DNA from: Candidatus Versatilivorator sp.
GTDB taxonomy: Bacteria; Acidobacteriota; Terriglobia; Versatilivoradales; Versatilivoraceae
Assembly (NCBI GenBank): GCA_965207735.1
Contig: OZ242296.1
Coordinates: 2,912,001-2,976,000, forward strand
Reading direction: 5' to 3'
Length of the DNA: 64,000 nt
Shown here: in pieces, positions 55,854-64,000 of the stretch
Layout of the letters: each line of letters begins with the position of its first letter
Position numbering within the stretch: the stretch's first letter is position 1
Translations under genes and position numbers: made by a program
The notes under the pieces: model-generated
Seen by the model: only the letters and a program-made list of their open reading frames with translations
Databases searched by the model: none
What the model was told of the DNA's origin: nothing

Positions 55854-57296
55854 TTAATCCCTGCGAGGCCCGCGTACCGTGCCGTCGCGTCCGATGGGGA
55901 TGGAGGCTGCAGCCGGGGAGGCTCCGGGGACCAGGGTAATCCATTCGCCGGCGCTGGCCCCCGAAGGCCGCGGCCCGGCGGGCCTGCGCACCTTGCCTCC
56001 CGGCTGGTAGGCAATCGCTTCCAGGTGGGGGGTGTGAATCCTGCGCCCGCCCCGGCTCCGGGAGATCATGGCCGCTTCCAGGATGCCGCTGGTCAGGTAG
56101 GTGCGCTCGACCGGGCTGGGTGGCTGCCCCGAGAGCAGGAAATCTTCGATATTGAGACCCAGATAACCAAAGGCGGCATGGGTGGGACCGGTTTGGGTGT
56201 GGTATTCCAGGGCATCGATGCCGGCGCCACGCTGCTGGGCGTAGGCGAACTTGCGGACATAGCCGTTGTCTCCCAGCATGAGTACCGCCGCCTGCAGGCC
56301 ATCCATGTATTCCACCAGGAAGACGTGGGGAGAATCCACCTTTCCCGGGTCCAGCCTGGAGGGCCCGTCTTCGATGCTGCTCAAGGCCGCATTGGCCAGG
56401 GACATGGACCACTTGCCGGCGTGGCCGGCCCGCCATACTTCTTCACCCGAGAGACACTGCACCGAACGGACGCCGGTCTCGCCCCCCTTTCGTCGCTCCA
56501 CCTGGCTCTGCAGCACTTCCAGAGCATGAAAGCCGTACCGCTCCACCATGTGGAAACCGATGACCAGCGCCCGATCGATCTTCCGGTTCAGGGGATGTTC
56601 CCAGTTGGGCCGGCGCCAGACCACCGGCAGGGCCGAGCCGGCCCAGAGGGGAATTTCCATCTCCCGGGCCGTTTCGTACATCCAGCGGGCGTCCTCCCAG
56701 CGGTAGGAGAGGTGCTTGTCATTGAAAACGGGCACCGGCCGGTCCCCTTCTCCGATGACCCCCGCGATCTGCTCGAAGAAGTAGCGGCGCGGCAACATCT
56801 CCTGTCCAAGCCTGGACACGGGGTAGTCCCCGTGCTCCCCGATCAGCAGGACCCCGTCCACCGCCAGCTTGTCGCCTCCCAGCGTCAATGCCGCCCGGAT
56901 GCTTTCGTAGACGGGTATGTCGAACTCGTGGGCCAACTGGCGTCCTACGTCCCGCTGGTGAATCTGGTCGATATAGAGCGAGGCGATGGTGGTCCGGGGA
57001 GGAACCACACCGTCGTCGGTGGGAAATCCCCGCAGGAACTTGTCCACGATCACGCCGGCGTGGCTGTTGGGGAAGAAGGTGGTGACGATGGCGGCGATCT
57101 TCGGGCGGGGCTTGGAGCGCTGGTCCGGCCCCACGGCTGCCGGCCGGGTGGGATCGGGCGCCGGTTTCTCCTCGGCAGGGCCCGAGCAGGCGACCCCCAG
57201 CAGCAAGGTCGCTGCCAGACCGAGCAGAAAACAGGGAGCGCGACGACCGGCCGGGAAGAACGTGGACAAACGGATGGAGCGGACAGAGATGGGCAA
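55854..57296 (-). CDS. uncharacterised lipoprotein, paralog of 48319-49581
   Basis: 'LGVAC' lipobox; 'VDGVLLIGEHGDYP', 'PVFNDKHL', 'YGFHALE'. Confidence 0.65.
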   Translation of the reverse strand: MPISVRSIRLSTFFPAGRRAPCFLLGLAATLLLGVACSGPAEEKPAPDPTRPAAVGPDQRSKPRPKIAAIVTTFFPNSHAGVIVDKFLRGFPTDDGVVPPRTTIASLYIDQIHQRDVGRQLAHEFDIPVYESIRAALTLGGDKLAVDGVLLIGEHGDYPVSRLGQEMLPRRYFFEQIAGVIGEGDRPVPVFNDKHLSYRWEDARWMYETAREMEIPLWAGSALPVVWRRPNWEHPLNRKIDRALVIGFHMVERYGFHALEVLQSQVERRKGGETGVRSVQCLSGEEVWRAGHAGKWSMSLANAALSSIEDGPSRLDPGKVDSPHVFLVEYMDGLQAAVLMLGDNGYVRKFAYAQQRGAGIDALEYHTQTGPTHAAFGYLGLNIEDFLLSGQPPSPVERTYLTSGILEAAMISRSRGGRRIHTPHLEAIAYQPGGKVRRPAGPRPSGASAGEWITLVPGASPAAASIPIGRDGTVRGPRRD

Positions 57297-57419
57297 GGAG
57301 CCTACCGTCAGCTGAGGAAACCGGGGATCAGGGATTGTAGCGACTGGCTGCCCGCTGAGCCGCGAGGTCCGGTGGTCTCGAATCGGCGGACCTTAGCGGC
57401 TTCAGCTCGGGGTTCCGAA

Positions 57420-58766
57420 TCAGATCAGCTCGTGGAGGGGCTGGCCCTGTTTGTCGCCGATGGCGTTGGCGATATAGATGGGCCTGCGCCCCGGACCCAG
57501 GTAGGTCTTGGTGTAGTCGATGCCCAGGGCCTTGTAGACGGTGGCGAAGAGGTCTCCGATGGTGACCATTCGCTCGGCCACGTAGGCGCCGCGCTCGTCG
57601 CTGGCTCCCACCACCTGACCTCCCTTGATGCCGCCGCCTCCCAGCGCCAGCGACCAGCAGTGGGCCCAGTGGTCTCGCCCCCGCCCCGGGTTGATTTTGG
57701 GGGTGCGGCCGAACTCGCCCATCACCAGAACGACGGTGGACTCGAGCAGGCCGCGCTGATCCAGATCTTCCATCAACGCCGAGAGTGACCGGTCCAGGGG
57801 TGGAACCAGGACATTCCTCAAGTAGTGGTCGTTCTTGTAGTGGGTGTCCCAGTTGTGGTTGTCGGCAGGATTCCAGCCATCGACGGTCACGAACCGGCAG
57901 CCGGCCTCGACCAGTCGGCGGGCCAGCAGGACTCCCTGTCCGAACCGGTCGGTCCCGTAGGTTTCCTTGGTCTGGGCGGATTCGAGCGAAAGGTCGAAGG
58001 CCTTCCTGACGGTCGGAGAGGTAATCAGGTCCAGCGCCCGTTCGTCAAAGGCATCCACCAGGCCGAAATTGGCGGCGGCCTCCATCTGGCGGTAGCGCTC
58101 GTCCACCAGGTTCAGAAAGGAGTGCCGGGCCTGCAGGGCTTCGACGGAAATCTCTCCGGGAAGCGTCAGATCAGCCACCTTGAAATTCTTGCCGTCGCTG
58201 ATCCGATCCGATGAAGTCAGCGTCAGGGGTTCGTACATGGGAGAGATGAACCCCGCGCTACGACAGTTCAAGCGGCCGCGGCTGGTGGTTACGTAGGCGG
58301 GCATGTCGTTGCGCTGACCCAACTCCCTGGCCACGATCGAGCCTACGCTGGGGAATCGCGTGGTCGTGGTGGGGAGATGGCCGGTCATGGTGTAGTAGCT
58401 ACCCTCCGAGTGGGCGTTGGACTCGCTCTTCATGGAACGGACGATCGAGAGCTTGTCCATGTGCCGGGCCACCTTGGGAAGGATCTCCGAGATCTGGATG
58501 CCGGGCACGTTGGTGGAAATGGGATTGAACCCGCTGTTGCCCTTGACGTCCCAGGTGTCCAGGTGGCTCTGGCCCCCAAACATCCAGATCATGATGCAGG
58601 ACTGGGCTTTGGCCTTTGGATTGGTGTCGGCCATCAGGCTGGACAACTGGAAATAGTCGCTCAGGCTGAGCCCCATATAGCTGAGTGCGCCCGCTTTAAT
58701 AAAAGCCCGGCGGCCCGGCAGGTGCGGCCGGGCGACTCCAATGTCTGCCCGTCGTTTCATGGTCAT
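57420..58766 (-). CDS. DUF1501 domain protein
   Basis: 'RRAFI'; 'GGQSHLDTWD', 'LLARRLVEAG.RFV', 'WDTH', 'GEFGRTP', 'GRDHW'. Confidence 0.92.
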   Translation of the reverse strand: MTMKRRADIGVARPHLPGRRAFIKAGALSYMGLSLSDYFQLSSLMADTNPKAKAQSCIMIWMFGGQSHLDTWDVKGNSGFNPISTNVPGIQISEILPKVARHMDKLSIVRSMKSESNAHSEGSYYTMTGHLPTTTTRFPSVGSIVARELGQRNDMPAYVTTSRGRLNCRSAGFISPMYEPLTLTSSDRISDGKNFKVADLTLPGEISVEALQARHSFLNLVDERYRQMEAAANFGLVDAFDERALDLITSPTVRKAFDLSLESAQTKETYGTDRFGQGVLLARRLVEAGCRFVTVDGWNPADNHNWDTHYKNDHYLRNVLVPPLDRSLSALMEDLDQRGLLESTVVLVMGEFGRTPKINPGRGRDHWAHCWSLALGGGGIKGGQVVGASDERGAYVAERMVTIGDLFATVYKALGIDYTKTYLGPGRRPIYIANAIGDKQGQPLHELI

Positions 58767-58955
58767 CTCCCCTAGGGTTGCGGATAGAGCATAACTTAAT
58801 TCCAGCCCCGCCCGCTGTCAAGGAGAATCGGGATGTTTTGGCCAACAGCGCACGCCTGGGGATGACTGCATACACCCTCCTTACGGCTGGGCAGGAACCC
58901 CGGGAATGTACGTGGGGCTGTTCAACGTTGTTTTGGAAAGGCCGTGCGTAACCAA

Positions 58956-59163
58956 GGGACGCTACTAAATCGCCGCGTACGCGGCTTCGGCAGCGCGGGG
59001 TTCATACGACCCCGGGCTCCCGCCCGGGGCTACACGAGACCGCAGCTACGCTGCTCTATAAGGAAGGTTTGTAGTAAGGGTTTGCTCGGCCTACCCACTT
59101 CAACCGCAGCTTCGCAGCTCTCCCCTTTCCCACAACACTGCCTGGGGGACAGAATTTTCAAAT
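58956..59163. repeat. second copy of the ~210-bp dispersed repeat
   Basis: Colinear with 30638-30848. Confidence 0.75.
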
Positions 59164-59415
59164 GGATTGTCCCTGGGTGGGCTTCCGGAAATCGTTCTAT
59201 CGCCCCGTGCTTCAACCACGTAAGCGCTGGCAGTGCTCGCCGTCCCCTTCCCGGCGCTGCTCCGGCCCCCATGCTAGAATGCAGATATCCCTTGGGAATT
59301 CCGGACTGTTTGCCCCGGGTCCACAGGACGGCAGCGCAACCACTTCCGCGGAATCCCTTCTTCACCGGGCAGGCACGACCTCCGCGTTGACGGGAACAGC
59401 CTTCAGGTGGCCGGC

Positions 59416-61182
59416 ATGAGCCAAGACAAGGAACGCAAGAAACGCGGGAAATTTTCCCGCTCCTCGCTCCAGTACGTGTTTCAACACATCATCTGGCCGC
59501 GCCGGAGGCTGGTGATCCTCGGCGTGATCCTGATCATCGTCAACCGCTTTTCCCGCCTGGTTCTGCCGGGGTCCACCAAGTACCTCATGGACGATGTCAT
59601 CGGAAAGGGAGACACGGCGCTCCTCCAGATCCTGCTGCTCAGCGTGGGAGCCGCCCTGTGCGTGCAAGCCGTCACCTCCTTCGTGCTGACGCGCCTGCTG
59701 AGCGTGGAAGCCCAGCACCTGATCTCCATCTTGCGGGTGGACGTCCAGAGGCACGTGATCCATCTGCCGGTGCGCTACTTCGACAACACCAAGTCGGGGG
59801 AGCTGGTTTCCCGGATCATGCTGGACGTGGAGGGAGTGCGCAATCTGATCGGAACCGGATTGGTCCAGTTGTTCGGCGGCATCCTGACCTCGGTGGTGGT
59901 CTTTTTCCTGCTGCTCGACACCAGCCCCTTGCTCACCCTCTACGTGGTGGTGCCGCTGGTCTTGTTCGGCCTGATTTCCCTCAAGGCCTTCGGTTACGTG
60001 CGGCCGATTTTCCGGGAACGGGCCAAGGTCAATGCCGACGTCACCGGCCGCCTGACCGAATCTTTGGGAGGGATTCGGGTGATCAAGGGCTTCAATGCCG
60101 AGCGGTCGGAAGTCAAAGTCTTCAAGAAGGGCGTGGAGCGGATCTTCGACAACGTCAGGAAGACCCTCACGGCGACCAGCCTGGTCACCAGCGCCGGCAC
60201 CCTGCTGATCGGGTTGCCGGCGGTAAGCATCATGTGGATGGGGGGCTCGATGGTGGTCGAGGGCAAGATGACCGAGGGCGACCTGATGGCCTTCATTGCC
60301 TACCTGGCGTTTCTGGTGGCTCCCCTGATTGAAATGGGGAATATCGGAAGTCAATTCACCGAGGCCTTCGCCGGCCTGGACCGCACCAAGGAGCTGATGA
60401 GCGTCCCCAAGGAGAGCGAAAACCCGCTACGCACCCAGCGGCTGGAGGACGTGAGGGGGCACCTGGTCTTCAAAGGGGTCCACTTCTCCTACCAGGAGGG
60501 CACCGAGGTTCTCAGCGACATCTCCTTCGAGGCTCCTCCGGGGTCGGTCACGGCCTTGGTGGGCAGCTCGGGTTCCGGCAAGACCACCATTGCCGGGTTG
60601 GCCGCAAGCTTCCTGACGCCGGACACGGGCGTGGTGGAACTGGATGGAATCGACCTGTCCCGGGTGACCCTGGACAGCTATCGGTCCCGGTTGGGTGTGG
60701 TCCTGCAGGATGACTTCCTTTACGAGGGAACCATCCGGGAAAACATTCTGTTCGGTCAACCCAACGCCTCCGAGACCGACCTGCTGAGCGCGGTGAAGGC
60801 GGCCCACGTCAAGGAGTTTGCGGACCGGCTGGAGAAGGGACTGGACACCCTGATCGGGGAGCGAGGGGTCAAGCTCTCAGGGGGGCAGCGGCAGCGGGTG
60901 GCCATTGCCCGGGCGCTGCTGGCAGATCCCAGAATTCTGATTCTGGACGAAGCCACCTCCAACCTGGACACCGAGAGCGAGATCTTCATTCAGGAGAGTC
61001 TGAATGAGTTGATCCGGGGACGCACCACCCTGGTCATCGCCCACCGCTTGAGCACCATTCGCAAGGCCGACCAGATCCTGGTCATCGAGAACGGTAGGAT
61101 CGTGGAGCGGGGAACCCACGATCAACTGATCGCCAGCCAGGGCCGCTACCACAGGCTCTACACCTACCAGGCGCGGATTTGA
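59416..61182 (+). CDS. ABC exporter, fused permease/ATPase (MsbA/Sav1866-like)
   Basis: TMD followed by 'GSSGSGKTT', 'LSGGQRQR', 'LILDEATS', 'IAHRLST'. Confidence 0.95.
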   Translation: MSQDKERKKRGKFSRSSLQYVFQHIIWPRRRLVILGVILIIVNRFSRLVLPGSTKYLMDDVIGKGDTALLQILLLSVGAALCVQAVTSFVLTRLLSVEAQHLISILRVDVQRHVIHLPVRYFDNTKSGELVSRIMLDVEGVRNLIGTGLVQLFGGILTSVVVFFLLLDTSPLLTLYVVVPLVLFGLISLKAFGYVRPIFRERAKVNADVTGRLTESLGGIRVIKGFNAERSEVKVFKKGVERIFDNVRKTLTATSLVTSAGTLLIGLPAVSIMWMGGSMVVEGKMTEGDLMAFIAYLAFLVAPLIEMGNIGSQFTEAFAGLDRTKELMSVPKESENPLRTQRLEDVRGHLVFKGVHFSYQEGTEVLSDISFEAPPGSVTALVGSSGSGKTTIAGLAASFLTPDTGVVELDGIDLSRVTLDSYRSRLGVVLQDDFLYEGTIRENILFGQPNASETDLLSAVKAAHVKEFADRLEKGLDTLIGERGVKLSGGQRQRVAIARALLADPRILILDEATSNLDTESEIFIQESLNELIRGRTTLVIAHRLSTIRKADQILVIENGRIVERGTHDQLIASQGRYHRLYTYQARI

Positions 61183-61225
61183 GGTGAGGGAGTTTGTCTG
61201 ACGGTGTTGCCGGAGGACACCGCTC

Positions 61226-62743
61226 TCAGGACCCGCCGAAACGGAAGGAATAGAGGTCGGCATCCTTCAGCACCACCCGCAGCCGAACGGGCTTCCCCGC
61301 CAGCTGACCCAAGTCGGCGCCGCCTTTCCAGGCCAACCGGCCGTCGATCAGATCCCCGAAGATCTCCGGTGATTCGGCCAGGCTGAAGCCCGGCACCGGC
61401 CGGCCGGCGGCATCCTGAATTTCCACCCGCAGGCTGCCGGCGGCCGAGGTGGAATAGTTCATAGTCAGGTCACTGCCCTGAAAGACCAACGGGCGGGTTA
61501 CCAGTTCCCCGCCGCTCAGCCCCGCCCGGGCCGAGACGAAGCCGTCGATCCGCAGCGTGTAGCGCCGCAGCCGAGAGGCCTTCCCGTCGGCGGTCCAATA
61601 CCCGCCGTCATTGACATAGAGCGACAGTTCCTCCGGCCGGTCGGCCGTGTCCGCCGGGGTTACCAGCAACCCGTAGGCGGGAAAGGAGGCAGGATAGATC
61701 CAGCGCTCCCTGCGGGGGCCGGGGCGGATGAAGGCTTCTCCCCAGCGCTTGAAGGAGAGGCCGTCCCGGCTGCTCATGAACAGGGTCTCCGAGATGGAGC
61801 CGTAGCGGTATGAGGGGTGCTCGGTGATCGGCAGCCCCTTTTCGATCTCGCGTCCGGCCATGAACCGCCCCGGGAACCCCACCAGAAGATGGGGAGCCCG
61901 GTAATAGGGCCGGACCTGGTTGAGGTAGAGCTGTTCGCGGGGGGCCCCGGGGTATTGAAGCCAGCGGGGTTCGCTCCAGTTGAAAAAATCCGGAGAGGTG
62001 CTCGTCAAAACGTCCCGGGCCGGCCCCGCGGGGTCGAGCCCCAGCTGGGGACCCTTGGGGCGAATCTCGTCGTTGGGACCGCGTATTTCCCGGTGGTAGG
62101 CCCTGTAGCTCCGCCGCGCACCGTCCCAGAAGGCCACGTTCTGGGAATCGAACTTGCCCCGGGTAATCACCGGAGCCTCGCTCATCTTCCGCCAGCGGAC
62201 CCCGTCGGGGGAGGCGAAGGCGTAGAGTCCGCGCGGATCGCTCAAGGCGGCCAGGGCCTTGTAGCGCTCGTCGGGTTTGGCGGCGGGGTTGGTGTCCTTG
62301 AAGGGAACGAAGGTGTTGGCCACTTCCCCGGACAGGATGATGTTGTTCTTCTTGGAGCCCTGAAACTCCACCAGGCCCAGCTCCGGCCTCACCCAGCGGA
62401 TTCCGTCCGGGCTTTCGGCCAGGCACACCGACAGGGTCGGTTGCTTGCCGATCCCCGGCCAGCCGGCCGCCCGGTAATACATGCGGAAGCGGTCGCCGTC
62501 CCGAAACAGGGTGTTGTATCCGGAATAACCGCCCTCCCAGGGCCGGTCGTGGGTAAAGACCACCTCCCGCTCCACCGGGGAGTGCAGGCGCAGCTCGATC
62601 GCCCCGCCGGTTCGCTCGATCAGGGCGTCGTCCACCAGGAGCTGGCGCCGGGAACCGATGTCGATGGGGGTTTCCGACTGCGGCGCACACCCGCCCCAAA
62701 TGAGCCCAAAGAGGACAAGACAGAGACATGCCGGCTTTAGCAT
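61226..62743 (-). CDS. uncharacterised beta-propeller glycoside-hydrolase-like lipoprotein
   Basis: 'WGGC' lipobox; S-x-DG-x-x-W boxes; 'LRIDGF', 'GKPVRLR..L.DADLYSFRF'; paralog of 549-1982. Confidence 0.65.
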   Translation of the reverse strand: MLKPACLCLVLFGLIWGGCAPQSETPIDIGSRRQLLVDDALIERTGGAIELRLHSPVEREVVFTHDRPWEGGYSGYNTLFRDGDRFRMYYRAAGWPGIGKQPTLSVCLAESPDGIRWVRPELGLVEFQGSKKNNIILSGEVANTFVPFKDTNPAAKPDERYKALAALSDPRGLYAFASPDGVRWRKMSEAPVITRGKFDSQNVAFWDGARRSYRAYHREIRGPNDEIRPKGPQLGLDPAGPARDVLTSTSPDFFNWSEPRWLQYPGAPREQLYLNQVRPYYRAPHLLVGFPGRFMAGREIEKGLPITEHPSYRYGSISETLFMSSRDGLSFKRWGEAFIRPGPRRERWIYPASFPAYGLLVTPADTADRPEELSLYVNDGGYWTADGKASRLRRYTLRIDGFVSARAGLSGGELVTRPLVFQGSDLTMNYSTSAAGSLRVEIQDAAGRPVPGFSLAESPEIFGDLIDGRLAWKGGADLGQLAGKPVRLRVVLKDADLYSFRFGGS

Positions 62744-62992
62744 CGTGAGCGCTTTCTCGGGGAGCCTTCGGGGTACAGGCTGCGCCGGTTGAGTCCGGGA
62801 CTGTTTGCGATCGAACACCAGAAACGATTGCTGCCGCCGCCGCAACGTCCCTATAGATTCCAGTGCCGTCTAGCGCCGTCCAGTAGGGTCTATAACTGTC
62901 TTATTTATGAGTGTCTTATATAAGTCCTGCTTTGGCTTGTCTTGCCACCAACATCCCTTGCAATCCACTGCCATCCCTCATATAATGGGGGG

Positions 62993-64000
62993 ATGGATAC
63001 TGTAACGGACTTCGCTCCTGTCCGACCCAAGACCAAGCCCACCGGCCGCCACCCCAGCAACGCCCTCTCGGCCGCCTTCCTGCGCTCCGCTCCGCCCGGA
63101 AGACACGCCGATGGAAACGGATTGTACCTCTTCGTCCAGCCCAGCGGAACCAGGAGCTGGATTCAACGCCTCGTCGTCCGCGGCCGTCGCCGGGAGCTCG
63201 GTCTCGGCAGCCTTGCCCTGGTTTCCCTGGCCGAGGCCAGGGAGAAAGCGCTGGCCAACCGCAAGCTCGCCCGTGAGGGCGGAGACCCGCTTGCCGAGAA
63301 GCGCCGCGCCGAGGGCATTCCCATCTTCGCTGAAGCTGCCTCCCGTGTGCTGGAACAGAAGCGGGACGGCTGGCGCGGCCGGCGTCACCACCGCGAGTGG
63401 ATGTCCAGCCTGAGGCGGTACGCCTTTCCCCGCATCGGCAAGATGCCGGTCTCAGAGGTCACCAGCGCCGATCTGCTTGAGATCCTCACCCCTATCTGGC
63501 ACCGGAAGGCCTCCAGCGCCCGGCGGGTGCGCCAGCGCCTGCGAGCGGTCCTGGAATGGGCCGTAGCCATGGAGTACCGGATCGACAACCCCTGCGACAG
63601 GATCGGCCCGGTCCTGGGTCTCCAACAGGACGTTACCGAGCACATGCGGGCCTTGCCTCATCGGGAGGTGGCTGCGGCCATCCGGACGGTGCAGGCAGCG
63701 ACGGCGCCGGAGGTGGCCAAGCTGGCCTTCGAGTTTCTGGTGCTGACGGCGGCCAGGTGGAGTGAGGTGCGGTGGGCCGAGTGGGAGGAGATCGATCGGG
63801 ACGCTGGTGTATGGACCGTCCCGGCCAGGCGGATGAAGGCCAACCGGAAGCACCGGGTGCCGCTTTGTGGCCGTGCCCTGGAGATTCTCGAGGCGGCAGG
63901 GACCCTGGGCAAAGGAGCCGGTCCTCTGGTGTTCACCTGTGGGCAAGGGAAGCCGCTCAATGACAAGGAGCTGCGCTGGCTGGTCCGCGAGCAGGGGATT
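62993..64000 (+). CDS. P4-type tyrosine integrase with arm-binding domain, 3' truncated by window edge
   Basis: Absent from ORF track (no stop in window); reads 'HADGNGLYLFVQPSGTRSW...ELGLG...SLAEARE...GGDP...LVLTAARWSEV..A.W.EID...WTVPARRMKA...HRVPL'. Confidence 0.93.
   Translation, partial: MDTVTDFAPVRPKTKPTGRHPSNALSAAFLRSAPPGRHADGNGLYLFVQPSGTRSWIQRLVVRGRRRELGLGSLALVSLAEAREKALANRKLAREGGDPLAEKRRAEGIPIFAEAASRVLEQKRDGWRGRRHHREWMSSLRRYAFPRIGKMPVSEVTSADLLEILTPIWHRKASSARRVRQRLRAVLEWAVAMEYRIDNPCDRIGPVLGLQQDVTEHMRALPHREVAAAIRTVQAATAPEVAKLAFEFLVLTAARWSEVRWAEWEEIDRDAGVWTVPARRMKANRKHRVPLCGRALEILEAAGTLGKGAGPLVFTCGQGKPLNDKELRWLVREQGI

Overview
GC-rich diderm bacterial chromosome segment. The gene content (carboxypeptidase-domain TonB receptor, DUF1501, PVC-type CxxCH protein, sulfatases, many Tat-exported hydrolases) is Acidobacteriota/PVC-like; this taxonomy is inference. 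The backbone is catabolic: sulfatases, sialidase-like and beta-propeller hydrolases, three enolase-superfamily enzymes, three alpha/beta hydrolases, a MaoC-CitE-CoA-transferase trio, GGT, a Fur-boxed TonB receptor, an SSS symporter and an ABC exporter. A ~10 kb lower-GC island sits at tRNA-His (7940-18124). It looks like a decayed integrated plasmid (repA frameshift, recombinase and par/mob stubs, 8-bp centromere-like array) with defence-type cargo (membrane-anchored Mrr, DUF3800 stub, P63C, AbiV-like). Two near-identical IS1380 copies lie in opposite orientation, one inside the island and one just past its right end. Intergenic regions are mosaics of at least four REP/REPIN-like hairpin families, one apparently a collapsed RAYT-type transposase. 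They also hold several toxin-antitoxin relics cut down by deletion. The window ends in a P4-type integrase whose left boundary interrupts a REP element. No CRISPR array or rRNA was seen. All family assignments come from motif recognition by eye, not database searches.
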